From contig OZ024743.1 in the NCBI GenBank assembly GCA_964016885.1, forward strand, positions 338,830,001-338,894,000: 64,000 nt of DNA, given 5' to 3'. This DNA is from Eledone cirrhosa (taxonomy: Eukaryota). The position numbers and the translations under genes are program-made. Shown piece after piece: positions 13,748-26,251 of the stretch (its first letter is position 1; each line of letters begins with the position of its first letter). Below the pieces are notes generated by a model that was not told the DNA's origin, searched no databases, and saw only the letters and a list, made by a program, of their open reading frames with translations.

Positions 13748-14404
13748 TATATATATATATAAAATAAAGATAAAGCTAATAATGACAAAAATAAAAGCAA
13801 AGATGGGTGAGAAAGAAGAAAAGAAAAGATAGCCAAGAAAGAGAGGGAAGGAAGGAAGAAAACAAAGAAATAGAAGAGGAATGAGGAAGAGGGGGATATA
13901 TGTATTGGTTTTGTGGGTAATTAACAGGGTTTAGATACAACAAGAGGGTATAAAGTCCTAGTATATGCAGTTTGTCAGTTGGTAGTAAGAGGTTAAGGGT
14001 TCGATTTGTAGTGCGAAAACTTCTCTCTGAGTCTATGGTTACAACAAATTGATCTTTCAATTTTATTGTTGAGTAATTTATTCTTCGAACTCAAAGTCAA
14101 TAAAAATTTGAAAAACAGCAAGAACTTTCTGTCCAACCTCATACATATATTTATAGAAACCAATGAAGTTGGTGCCCCAGTATGGTTAGTTCAATGACTG
14201 AAAGCAGTAATGTAAAAAAAGAATGTGTGCTAATCTCATTCAGTCAACAACTAGGTGTTCACCCTCCTCCTCTCCCCAGCATGGTTAACATTTGCCTGTT
14301 TTTGTGGGAGTCTTCCACATGTGGCCTGCTTCCTTTACTAAACCCCAACTTGTTCTCATAATACCAGTAATATAAATAATTCTGTGCACTTCCTCTCTTT
14401 TCAG

Positions 14405-14541
14405 ATAAGAAGGAAAACACAGAAAATATATCAGGAAAGGGATCAACCCCTAAATCTAATACCTCATCTAGTAATGTTGATGATGAGGATCATGATAATA
14501 ATGGTTTTCTAGGCAAATTGAAACGTAAAATATTTGGTTAA
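14405..14541 (+). CDS. DNAJA3: DNAJA3 stop-containing exon, Tid1-L-like C-terminus
   Basis: Polypyrimidine tract + ttcag acceptor, phase 1; DKKENTENISGKG...DEDHDNNGFLGKLKRKIFG*, similar to the human Tid1-L end EDEEGFLSKLKKMFTS. Confidence 0.85.
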
Positions 14542-15530
14542 CGAGATGTTACCTAACTTGACCTCCACTACTTGGGTTAGTTTTTAACTTTAACCTTCAA
14601 CCTCTCTTTGTCTGTCTCTCCTTTTCTCTTGTTATCTGTTAATGGTCTCACCTGATTCTGCAGTGTGTCATCTATCATTCCACATTAATTCCCACCTCCG
14701 TTGTAATGAAGATATGTGGCCTAGTGTTTAGGGTGTTTGGCTCGCAACAATAATGTAGTATGTTTAATTCTTGGATCAGGCAGCATGTGTTGTTGTTGAG
14801 CAAACCACTTCATTTCAGTTGCTTCAGTCAACCCAACTGAAAATGTATACCACCAACAATAGCTGTGGTGGACTGGCATCTTGTCCAGTACTCTGTCAGG
14901 ATAAGATCCAGCTTCAAGTATCTGAGCCAGGTCTGTGATAGGCTGGAGTCCTATCCCAAGGAGGTGGGGTCTTGTTTCTAGTCACTTAACACCAATGAAA
15001 TTGGGATAAGTTCTAGCCTGGTGAGACTCCAGGCTTGGGACAAACTTTAGCTAACGTTTAACTCAGTTTTGAGTCTTTGAGCCAGGTCTGTTGTAGGCTG
15101 GGGTCCTATCCCAGGCGGGAGGGGATTCTTGTTCTCTCAATCACTTAATGTCAATGAAACTGGGATAAGCTACAGCCTGATGAGCCTCCGAGTTTGCGAC
15201 AGACTTTAACATAACTGAACCCCTTTGTAGCACTTGATATTATTAAATCTTCTCCTCCAGACAACTCAGAACAGTTGTGATATTGTAAAACAGGAATATG
15301 GGTAGTTGTAGAATAAATTTGTGCATATAAAGAGACGGGTGTAGCTGGATAGATGGGTGTGTTAAAAGATAATTTTCTTTAATTATTGGAAACCTTTATT
15401 TAGAAAAGAGAATACCAAGTTCTTAGAGTGAAGGTTGCTACTTAGCAGTGAATTTGGACTCTGTTTCATATCACAATCACAGCTATTCTGCTTCATCTAC
15501 AGACATAACTAATGCCTTTGGAAGAAGCAT

Positions 15531-15882
15531 GAAGGCACATGGCTTAGTGGTTAGAGCATTAGTGGCCTTGCAATCGAAAGGTTGTGAGTTCAATTCTCAG
15601 ACCGGGTGATGTGTTGTTTCCTTGAGCAAGACACTTTATTTCACATTGCTCCAGTTTACTCAGCTGTAGAAATGAGATGATAGGGACTGGGGTCCCTATC
15701 ATTCCACTGTAAATTGGTCGTGGAGGTGCCACGGCAAAAAAGCACCCAGCACTCACTGTAAATGAGGTTGGTGTTAGGAAGGGCATCCAGCTGTAGAAAT
15801 CAAGCCAGCATCAGTTCCCGTCCCACCCTTGCAAGCAGGGAAAAAGCGGACGTAAAATGAAATGATGATGATGATGATGATG
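15531..15882 (+). mobile_element. CORE-type tRNA-SINE copy
   Basis: Full head-body-(GAT)n structure. Confidence 0.8.
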
Positions 15883-15951
15883 AAGTCCACATTATCCAAA
15901 CATAGTATATCATATATATGGCAGTGGATTAGCAGTCATTAGAACAGTTAA

Positions 15952-18631
15952 TCATCATCATCATCATCACCGTTTTACGTCCGTTCTTCCACGCTAGCAT
16001 GGGTTAGACGGGTTGTCCTGTTGTGGGCAGTGTCTGGTCGGCTGGCCATGCCTTGCTCATACAGGAACTGATCTGGCTTGATTTCTACAGCTGGATGCCC
16101 TTCCTAACACCAACCTCATTTACAGTGAGTGCTGGGTGCTTTTTCGTGGCGCCTACACGTCCACTTTACAGTGTGGGCTGGGTGCTTTTTTTGCCGTGGG
16201 ACCTCCACGACCACCTTGCGGTGGGGGGTGTGGGGGCATATTGTTTATATGCTTCAGCATGTACCCATGGGAGGTCGGGTACCCTGTATTACTGCGTGAC
16301 GCCAGAAGTCACGGTCGTGTGTCATTGACTTTGAGAGGTGTAGTTGGGTAAGGTCGGCTTTTATCACCTCATCCCAAGTCATCTTGGGTCTCCCCACTCC
16401 GCGGTTTCCATCAACTTCTAGTGCTCTGCACCTTTTTATGCAGCTGTCATCCTTCATACGCATCACATGTCCATACCAGCGTAACCGCCTCTCCTGCACG
16501 CAGCATTTGATTCCTCTTATGCTCAGTCTCTCTCTCAATTCCTTTATGCTTTGTCGTTCACGTATATTACTGTTACACATCCATCGGAGCATGCAGGCTT
16601 CGTTTCTCTCTAATCTACGTAAGTCTTCCACCTTCAGCGCCCAGGTCTCACTACCATGCAACATCGCTGTTCGGATACACGCATCATACAGTCTGCCTTT
16701 CATTCTGAGGGAGAAGCCTTTTGCAGCTAGCAGTGGTAGTAGTTCCCTAAACTTCTTCCATCCCGTTCTTACCCTAGTTATTGTACTTTCTGAGCACCCA
16801 CCTCCGTTGCTAATTCGGTCACCTAGGTAGCAGAAGCTGTCTACTGTTTCTACAGGGCCCTCCCAGAGATTGGTGGTACTTGTTTCCTGTGGCTGTTTGC
16901 TTGCTGTTTCAGCACAGCTGCTGCATGTGAATCCTACATTCTTAATTAAGCTTCCTGAGATCCCGCTACATCTCTTGTGTACCCATTGTTTGCATTTGGG
17001 GCAGAGAATGGAGTTCCTACATACTGAGCAAGGCCATTTCCCTGAGGGGATCTGGGTTCTGTTTTCTCGTCTACTTATAAGGACCTTAGTCTTTGTCATG
17101 TTGACTTTGAGGCCCTTTCTCTCTAGTCCCTGCTTCCAGGTTTGGAATTTATTCTCTAGTTCTACCATAGATTCAGCTATGAGTGCGAGGTCATCAGCAT
17201 ACAGGAGTTCCCATGGGCATCCGGTCTTAAACTCCTCCGTTATTGCCTGCAGGACTATGATGAACAGGAGAGGGCTAAGAACAGAGCCCTGGTGGACCCC
17301 AACCTGTACGCTAAATTCCTCGCTATACTCATTGCCAATCCTAACTTTGCTGACTGCTCCCCTATACATGGCTTGTACCGCTTTCACAAGCCATTCATCT
17401 ACTCCTAGTTTTCTAAGAGCCCACCAGATTACTGCACGTGGAACTCTGTCAAAGGCTTTCTCAAGGTCGACAAATGCCAAGTAGAGTGGCTTACTTTTAG
17501 CTAGGTACTTTTCCTGTAATTGCCTCACAAGGAAGAGGGCATCAGTGGTGCCTTTCCCTGGTACAAACCCAAATTGCATCTCGTCTATATTCACCCGGTC
17601 CCTAATCAGCTGTGCTATAACTCTTTCTGTTACTTTCATGACCTGGTCCATCAACTTTATACCTCTATAGTTTCCTCTATCTAGTGCATCGCCTTTACCT
17701 TTGTAGCAGTTGACAATGATGCTACTGCACCAATCTTTTGGTATGGCCCCCTCTAGTATTACCTGGTTAACGATACGTGTGGTTATAGTGTGACCTACAG
17801 ACCCAGATGCCTTCAGCATCTCGGCAGCTATACCCGATGGACCGGTTGCCTTCCCTATCTTCATATCTCTGATTGCCTTACTTACTACGCTGCCGCTGAC
17901 TTGTACTGCTGGTCCCTCTATAGGGTCTACGTGGGGTAGGGTCTCTTCTTCCCATGCATTCTCCTCATTTAGTAATCTATCATAATGACTCTTCCATGCA
18001 TCTTTCTTCTCAGCACTTGTGAGGGCAAGCTCACCTTTATCATTCCGGATACACTTCTCTCCAATGACATCACAACTATCTCTGACACACTGCCTCGCAA
18101 TCTTGAATACCTCCTGTTTCTGGTCCTCACGTTGTAAAACATGCTTGAATTTTCTATCCTCTGCTTCCCTCCTAGCTAAGTATACTTGTCGCCTAGCTTC
18201 CCTCTTGGTCTCTATGTAATGTACCCTGCTCCCCCCGTTCTTCCATTCTTTCCATGCCTGTCTCTTGGCCTTGACTGCTTCATCTACCTTATTGTTCCAC
18301 CACCAAGTCACTCTCCTCCTGCTTGAGGTCTTACTCCAGCCACAAACCTCATCCGTCGCCTCTAGTAAGTTATTTTTTAGGAATTCCCAGTTCTCTTCTA
18401 CGTTAAATGTCTCTATCTGTTCTTCTTTACTGTCGTAGGCGTTGAGTAAAATATCTTTAAATCTGTTACTGGTTGAGGGGACTTTCAGCTTCCAGATCTT
18501 TCTTCTCCAGGTTGGCCTCTGTTTCAGGGCTCGTCTAGTTCTGACCGTGAGGTCGCTGACAACTAAGCTATGTTGGGATGTACATTCCTCACTAGGGAAG
18601 GCTTTTGTGTTTACGACCGTCCATCTGTCAC
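15952..18631 (-). mobile_element. RTE LINE subfamily B, 5'-truncated (copy 2)
   Basis: ORF 16254..18311 almost identical to copy 1, with an in-frame 15-nt deletion (KGVGR) near 17015. Confidence 0.95.
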
Positions 18632-18844
18632 ATTATTTCAGTTAAATTTTAGTTTGGTTCAGTGTATGTAGACGTGTGTGTGTGTATGTATGTATGTATA
18701 TATGTATGTATGTATGTATATATATATGTATGTATGTATATTTATATATATATATGTGGCAACATGAATAGACCTGTTATTTTTCTCTAAAAACATTTTT
18801 TCCGATTCCGTTCCGCCTGTCCTTTCAACCTTTCTAATTTCTCA

Positions 18845-18888
18845 TTCTTTCTTCTGATGAAGGACTAGCATCCGAAACGTTAAGACCC
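18845..18888 (+). ncRNA. Minimal hammerhead motif, duplicate of 7882-7925
   Basis: Identical CTGATGAAGGACTAGCATCCGAAACGTTAAGA. Confidence 0.55.
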
Positions 18889-19489
18889 TCTTCATGCTAT
18901 TTCAAGTGTCAAGCTAAATTATTCCTTCCATATACTTACATACATACATTATATATATATATATATATAAACTTCATATGGATTTCCAGAGTCATTAGAG
19001 CATCAGATAACGTTGGTATGGTCACGTGATGCGCATGAAAGACGATAGCTGTATAACAAAGTGCAGGGCAATAAAGATAGACGGTAGCCACGGAATAGGC
19101 AGACCCAGAAAAACCTGGGACGAGCTGATAAATTCCGACCTCACACACTTACACCTCTCCAAGACAATGTCACTGGACCGAGACCTTTGGCGGTACTCAG
19201 TAATAGAGAAGACCCGCCTTACCTAAATACAAAGTAAAACCTACTACAGTCAGTAGGCATCTCTAACAAAATACACCCCCGTCCCACCACCCCTCACTAT
19301 GGCACCTCTCAACTCTATTGTGAGTTATGGGTCTATATATACATAAAGTATATGTAAGATTCTGAGGTTCATTCCTTGTTATTTAGCCCCAGATATGCCG
19401 TGATCCAGATCTATGATCGTAAATTGAGGAAGGTGTGGCTGCTATTTCTAACTGTTGTAGAGATTTGCTCATGGACTCCTCTTTTATTG

Positions 19490-19806
19490 TAACTAGTCGT
19501 GTCTGATGTAATAGACTTTGGTATGGGAGTAGTTATGTATGGTGACATTGGTGAAGGAGTAGTATGTTTGATGATTTTGGTATGGGACTAGTTATGTCTG
19601 GTGACTTTGGTGTTGTGTAGTTGTTTGGTGACATTGGTGTTGTGTAGTTATGTTTGGTGACTTTGGTATGGGGTAGTTATGTCTGATGACCAGTATGGAG
19701 TAGTTATGTCTGATGTAATAGACTTTGGTATGGAGTAGTTATGTCTGGTGACTTTGATATGGAGTAGTTATGTCTGGTGACTTTGGTATGGGCTAGTTAT
19801 GCCTGA
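19490..19806. repeat. Degenerate ~29-30 bp minisatellite
   Basis: Repeated gactttggtatggagtagttatgtctggt. Confidence 0.8.
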
Positions 19807-20654
19807 TCAAGTACATATTGGTACAAAAGAAACTTAATATATAATCTGACCAGAGAATCAACTTTCTCGACCTCTCTCTCTGGCCTGGCTTCTCTTCTTG
19901 TTGTAATATGGTGTTTCCAGGGGTCAATAAAGTAAATGGCTAAATCTGACCTTTCTGGTAGTAGAGATACTGTTATGTATTGGACATCTGCTGTCATTAG
20001 ACTACAATATTATTTTCTGGACATCTGTTTGACATCTGTTGTTAAATTGCTATCGGTTCGACATCTGATGTTGCTAAACTGCAATATTATTGAACATCTG
20101 GTGTCCTTAGACTGCTATATTATTTATTGAACATCTGGTGTTAGACAGATTTCTGTTGGTCATCTTGCTCACATTTAGTATTACTAGTCTGCTATACTAA
20201 GTTCTTAAGGTGGCTACTGTGAGAGCAAAATATAGCAGTTGTCTCTCTCCAGACAGTGAACATGTAGCACAGAGGTACAGGCTACCGTAACTGTTGATGG
20301 TAATTATGTTTGAGTATATCATGACTCTTACAATGTTCACTTTCCTGACATTTGTACATTATTTTAGAGTTACTGCCCTTTACAGTCTAAGTTCAAATCC
20401 TGCCAAGGTTAACTTTGCCTTTCATCTTTACGGGGTTGATAAAATAAAGCTCCAATGATGCACTGGGATAATTGCTGGCCTTGTGCCAAAAGTAGAAACA
20501 ATTATTTTATGTACTATACATGCACCTGAGCACTGTACACAATAATTTTTATTATTATAATAGTTGTAGTGGAGGGCAGCAAGGGTGGTGTTTTTTATGG
20601 ACATTTTCTTTTAAACTTTTTAATTTATTTTGCTTTTTATTATTTTTCATGTAG

Positions 20655-20779
20655 GATCACAATCAATGTATGATGACGATGGTGTGGTTAAGCGCATCAG
20701 AGAGGTTCTCAAGATCCAACATGGGGACGACAGCGAACCTGTGAACAAGAAAGATGCTGTAGGAGGAGGAAGAAGATGA
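20655..20779 (+). CDS. DNAJA3: DNAJA3 alternative terminal exon
   Basis: Long T-rich tract + tag acceptor, phase 1 compatible with exon 4556-4653; GSQSMYDDDGVVKRIREVLKIQHGDDSEPVNKKDAVGGGRR*; AATAAA at 21035-21040. Confidence 0.65.
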
Positions 20780-20784
20780 TGATG

Positions 20785-20818
<34 letters not shown>

Positions 20819-21724
20819 AGATGACTATTAATGGTAATTTCATTTTTGGAGAGAGAAAAAAAGCAAACAAACAAAAAGAACAATACAAACAAACTCTTCA
20901 AACATCTCTCGTGTACCCTATTAATTAGTATTTTGTCAGGGGCAACGAGGAGCATCAGCAGGAGCAGCTGATGGTGGTGGAGGAAATGTAGTCATACAGA
21001 AGATGACTTAGTAGGGGAGCTGTAATATTATGTTAATAAAACATCAAACATTATTATGGCTTCTATTGAAGGAGGGAAAATGATAATTGTTTCTACTTTT
21101 GATGGGGAGAGGAAAGTCAATTATATCGACCCCAGTACTTGACTGGTACTTTATTTCATCAATCCCAGAGGGGGGAAAGACAAAGTTAACTTCAGTGTGA
21201 TTGGGATTTGAACTCAGAATTTGGCTTCCTTAGAGATGGACAGGCACATTGGTTATGACCTAACTATTTCAGCCACACTGACAACTAGTTCTGCTGGTAA
21301 GTTAAACTTAGTAAAGGACTAGACTCTAGGAAAAGAGATAGCCACTGTTAAGCATTTCTAAGGCCGATTGAAAATACCATGATGGACAGTCAAACATCTA
21401 GAATGGCACCCTAATGACTGGCTGTATCATTTACAGAACTTCATTGATTGGTTTTGTACATTTCTGGAGAGATTATCTACCCATGTCTTTGGTGTTATGG
21501 TAGTGCAACCACTTGACATAGGACAAGTGTGAGTTCAAGTCTCCGTAGTTATACTGTTCCCTTTTTTCTGTCTCTAGGATCATATATGTCCAACTTATTC
21601 AACCATTTTTCAAAGTCAAAAAACATGCACTGAATCAGCTTACTTTAAGCTAACATACATTCAAAATTCATAATTTGCTTAATGCTTCAGGGAAAAGCGG
21701 ACGTAAAATGATGATGATTATATA

Positions 21725-23258
21725 TCATCATCATCATCATCATCAACGTTTAACGTCCGTGTTCCACGCTTGCATGGGTTTGGACGGGGGTAGTCCCACT
21801 TGAGGCAAGAGTGATTGTCTTGCTCGCATAGGACTGTCTGGCAGGTTTTCTACAGTTGGATGCCCTTCCTAACACCAACCACATTTACAGTGTGGGTCTG
21901 GGAGGTTTTTACCGTGTTGCCTACACGGCCACATTACAGCGTGGACTGTGTGTTTTTTTGTCGTGACACCTACACGATCTCATTTGTTTCGGCCTGGATG
22001 GCGCGGCACCAACATAACTTTACATAGAACGGGGTGGTGTGGATGGGGTGGGGGTGGCGGCGGGAGGGGTGTATTTTGTTAGAGATGCCTACTGGCAAGG
22101 CGGGTCTTCTCTGTTACTGAGTACCGCCAAAGGTCACGGTCCAGTGACATTGTCTTGGAGAGGTGTAAGTGTGTGAGGTCGGAGTTTATCAGCTCATCCC
22201 ATGTTTTTCTAGGTCTGCCTATTCCGTGGCTACCGTCTATCTTTATTGCCCTGCACTTTGTAATACAGCTATCGACTTTCATGCGCATCACGTGTCCATA
22301 CCAACGCAGCCTTCTCTCGAGTAAACAACATCTGATCCCTCTTATCTCTAATTTTTTCCTTAGTTCGTTTATGCTTTGCCGTTCACGTATATTACTGTTA
22401 CACATCCAGCGGAGCATGCAAGCTTCGTTCCTCTCTAGTCTGCGTATATCCTCTGCACACAATGCCCAGGTCTCACTACCATGCAACATTGCTGTTCGTA
22501 TGCAGGCATCGTACAACCTGCCTTTCATTTTTAGGGAGAACCCTTTAGCAGCTAATAGTGGTATAAGCTCTCTGAACTTTTTCCAACCAGTTCTGACTCT
22601 AGCTACAGTACTTTCAGAGCACCCTCCCCCACTGCTGATTTTATCGCCCAGGTAACGGAAGCTGTCCACTATTTCTATAAAACCCTCTGCGCAATTGAAA
22701 GAGCTAGTATTTTGTGGGCACTTGCTGCTACTTATTGCACCAGAACACCGGCCACATGTAAAATCTACGTTCTTAGTTAGCTTACCTGTGATCCCACTAC
22801 ATCTTTTATGCACCCATACTTTGCATTTAGGACATAAGATGGAGTTTCTACCTACGCCTTTCCTACATACCGAGCACGACCATTTCCCAGAAGGGACCGC
22901 CGCCTTGTTTTCTTTCCTACAAACTAGAACTTTGGTCTTAGCCAGGTTAATTTTAAGTCCTTTTGACTCTAGGCCGTGCTTCCATGTTTGGAATTTCTTC
23001 TCTAGCTCGGCCATTGATTCCGCTATGAGTGTCAGGTCGTCTGCGTATAGGAGTTCCCATGGGCAGCCTGTCTTGAACTCCTCTGTTATAGCCTGAAGGG
23101 CAATAATAAATAGTAGGGGGCTGAGAACAGAGCCCTGATGGACGCCAACTTTTACGCTAAACTCTTCACTATATTCGTTGTTAATTCTAACCTTGCTGAC
23201 TGTTTCTTTATACATGGCTTGTATAGCCCTCACAAGCCATTCGTCAACGCCTAGTTTT
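21725..23258 (-). mobile_element. RTE subfamily A, 5'-truncated
   Basis: ORF 22079..23233 (RT C-terminal half, YADD), 3' UTR and (GAT)n tail. Confidence 0.93.
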
Positions 23259-23299
23259 CATATATATTTATATATATATATATATTTATATATAAGTAT

Positions 23300-24260
23300 G
23301 TACATTTCCCACTCTTAGTACGGCTGTTACTTAAATATAAGTATGTACATGTACTAAGAGTGGGAAATGAAATTTCGTTTCATTTTTTCTGTTTATCGTT
23401 TTCGGTGCACCCGGCCGATTAACCCACTCGATATGCAAATTGGGCTACTCAGCCGTTAATATGAATAAGGTAAGTATATACGTTCAACAATCTGGCAGGA
23501 AGGTATACATTGCTGACAATAGCTAATAAGCTTGAAACTAGTACAGCGTTCCTTTGTCAGTGTTGAACAAACGAGCAACGATGGTTGCTAGACACTACGG
23601 CTTAATACGGGATGTTTGTTTACAAACACACCGAGCATTACAATAAATGTTCGGTGAATCCATACGTACATATATATATGTGTGCATGTATGTATGTATA
23701 TATATATATATACATACTACTGTACGTCTGTATACATATATGTATGTACGTGTACATACTTATATTTAAGTAACAGCCGTACTAAGAGTGGGAAATGAAT
23801 TTTCGTTTCATTTTTTCCGTTTATCGTTTTCGGTGCACCCGGCCGATTAACCCACTCGATATGCAAATTGGGCTACTCAGCCGTTAATATGAATAAGGTA
23901 AGTATATACGTTCAACAATCTGGTAGGAAGGTATACGTTGCTGACGATAGCTAATAAGCTTGAAACTAGTACAGCGTTCCTTTGTCAGTGTTGAACAAAC
24001 GAGCAACGATGGTTGCTAGACACTACGGCTTAATACGGGATGTTTGTTTACAAACACAGCGAGCATTACAATAAATGTTCGGTGAATCCATACGTACATA
24101 TATATATGTGTGCATGTATGTATATATATATATATATATATATACATACATACTACTGTACGTCTGTATACATATGTGTATGTACGTGTACATACTTATA
24201 TTTAAGTAACAGCCGTACTAAGAGTGGGAAATAAAATTTCGTTTCATTTTTTCCGTTTAT
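23300..24260 (+). mobile_element. Tandem ~430-bp non-coding units carrying hammerhead motifs (Penelope pseudo-LTR/retrozyme-like)
   Basis: Unit start gtactaagagtgggaaat at 23351, 23779 and 24215; hammerhead at 23513 (core mutated to CTGACAA) and 23941 (intact); short inverted copy of the unit end at ~23303; homologous to ~12540-12940. Confidence 0.75.
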
Positions 24261-24277
24261 ATATTTATATATATATA

Positions 24278-26232
24278 TCGATCCAATAGAGGGACCAGCA
24301 GTGCAAGTTGAAGGTAGTATAATAAGTAAGGCAATCAAAGATATGAAGTCGGGTAAGGCAGCTGGGCCTTCGGAGATAGTTGCTGAAATGTTGAAAGCAT
24401 CTGGAACGGTGGGACACCCGGATAGTAAACCAAGTCCTACAGAACGGGGTCATACCAAATGACTGGTGTAGCAGCATCATCATTAACTGCTACAAGGGTA
24501 AAAGAGATGCCCTAGATAAGGGAAACTATAGAGGCATTAAATTAATTGACCAGGTCATGAAGGTCACAGAAAAAGTTATAGCGAATTGATCTAGATGAAA
24601 TGCAGTTTGGGTTTGTGTCAGGTAAAAGTACCACAGACGCCCTTTTCCTACAGGAGAAGTACCTAGCTAAAAGTAAACCCCTATACTTAGCTTTTGTTGA
24701 CTTGGAGAAAGGCTTTGACAGAGTCCCCTGCACCATTATCTGGTGGGCCCTTAGAAAACTAGGTGTTGATGAATGGCTTCTGAGAGCTATAAAGAAACAG
24801 CAAGGTTAGAATTAACAATGAATATAGTGAAGAATTTAGCGTAAAAGTTGTTCATCAGGGCTCTGTCCTTAGCCCCCTCCTATTTATTATTGCCCTTCAG
24901 GCTATAACAGGAATTCAAGACTGACTGCCCATGGGAACTTCTATGTGCAGATCTAATGCTCATAGATGAATCAATGGCTGTACTAGAGAAGAAATTCCAA
25001 ACATGGGAGCATGGCCTAGAATCAAAAGGCCTTAAAGTTAACTTGTCTAAGACTAAAGTTCTAGTATGTAGAAAGGAAAATAGGGCACAGGTCCCCTCTG
25101 GGAAATGGCCATGCTCAGTGTGTAGGAAAGGAGTAGTAGACAGAAATTCCATTTTATGTCCCAAATGCAAAGTATGGGTGCATAAAAGATGTAGTGGGAT
25201 CACAGGTAAGCTATCTAAGAACGTAGATTTTATATGTGGCCGGTGCTCAGGTGCAATAAGTAGCAAGTGTCCACAGGATACTAGCTCCTTCTATTGCCCA
25301 GATGGTTCTAGAGAAATAGTGGACACCATCCGTTACCTGGGTGACAAAATCAGCAGTGGTGGAGGGTGCTCTGAAAGTACAGTAGCTAGAGTCAGAACGA
25401 GATGGAAAAAGTTCAGAGAGCTTATACCACTATTGGTCACTAAAGGTTTCTCTCTAAAAATGAAAGGCAGAATGTATGATGCCTGCATACGAACTGCAAT
25501 GTTACATGGCAGTGAGACTTGGGCATTGTGTGCAGAGGATCTACGCAGACTGGAGAAGAACGAAGCTTGCATGCTCCGTTGGATGTGTAATAGTAATATA
25601 CGTGAACGGCAAAGCATAAATGAACTAAGTGAGAAATTAGGAATAAGAGGGATCAGATGCTGTTTACTTGAGAGAAGACTACGTTGGTATGGTCACGTGA
25701 TGCGCATGAAAGACGACAGCTGTATAAAAAAGTGCAGGGCGATCAAAATTGATGTAAGTTACGGAGTAGGCAGACCCAGAAAAACCTGGGACGATTTGAT
25801 AAATTTCGACCTTACACACACCTCTCCAAGACAATGTCACTGGACCGAGATCTTTGGCGCTACGCAGTAATACAGAAGACCGCCTTGCCTAAGTACAAAG
25901 CGAAACCTACAGTCAGTAGGCACCTCTTAACCAAATATACACGCTACTCCCCACCCCTTTCTCTGTAAAGTTATGTTGGTACCACAACATCCAGTATAAA
26001 TAAATGAGGTCGTGTAGGTGTCACGACAAAAAAACACACAGTCCATGCTGTAATGTGGCCGTGTAGGTAACACGGTAAAAATCTCCCAGTCCACTCTGTA
26101 AATGTGGTTGGTGTTAGGAATGGCATCCAGACAGTCCTATACGAGCAAGATGACCAATCTTGCCTCAAGTGGGACAATTCCTGTCTAAACCCATGCTAGT
26201 GTGGAAGATAGACGGTAAACAATGATGATGAT
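24278..26232 (+). mobile_element. RTE subfamily A, degenerate, 5'-truncated
   Basis: Fragmented RT ORFs 24600..24809 and 24956..25870; 3' UTR and tail. Confidence 0.9.
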
Positions 26233-26251
26233 ATTTATATATATAATTGAT

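Larger units (their letters stand above)
15952..19293. repeat. ~3.3 kb direct duplication of 5001-8330
   Basis: Same RTE-B truncation point, microsatellite, hammerhead segment and RTE-A fragment in the same order. Confidence 0.93.

Noticed and set aside
14925-15210. GAAAC...CTGATGAG motif resembling a permuted hammerhead, in a ~155-bp duplication
   Set aside because: Stems do not form; it fits the gaaactgggataagct..gcctgatg 3' region of Deu/Nin-type SINEs
15531-15606. tRNA-like sequence with a GCA anticodon-like loop (also 12172, 26252, 9943)
   Set aside because: SINE head: no convincing acceptor stem and it continues into the CORE domain and RTE tail
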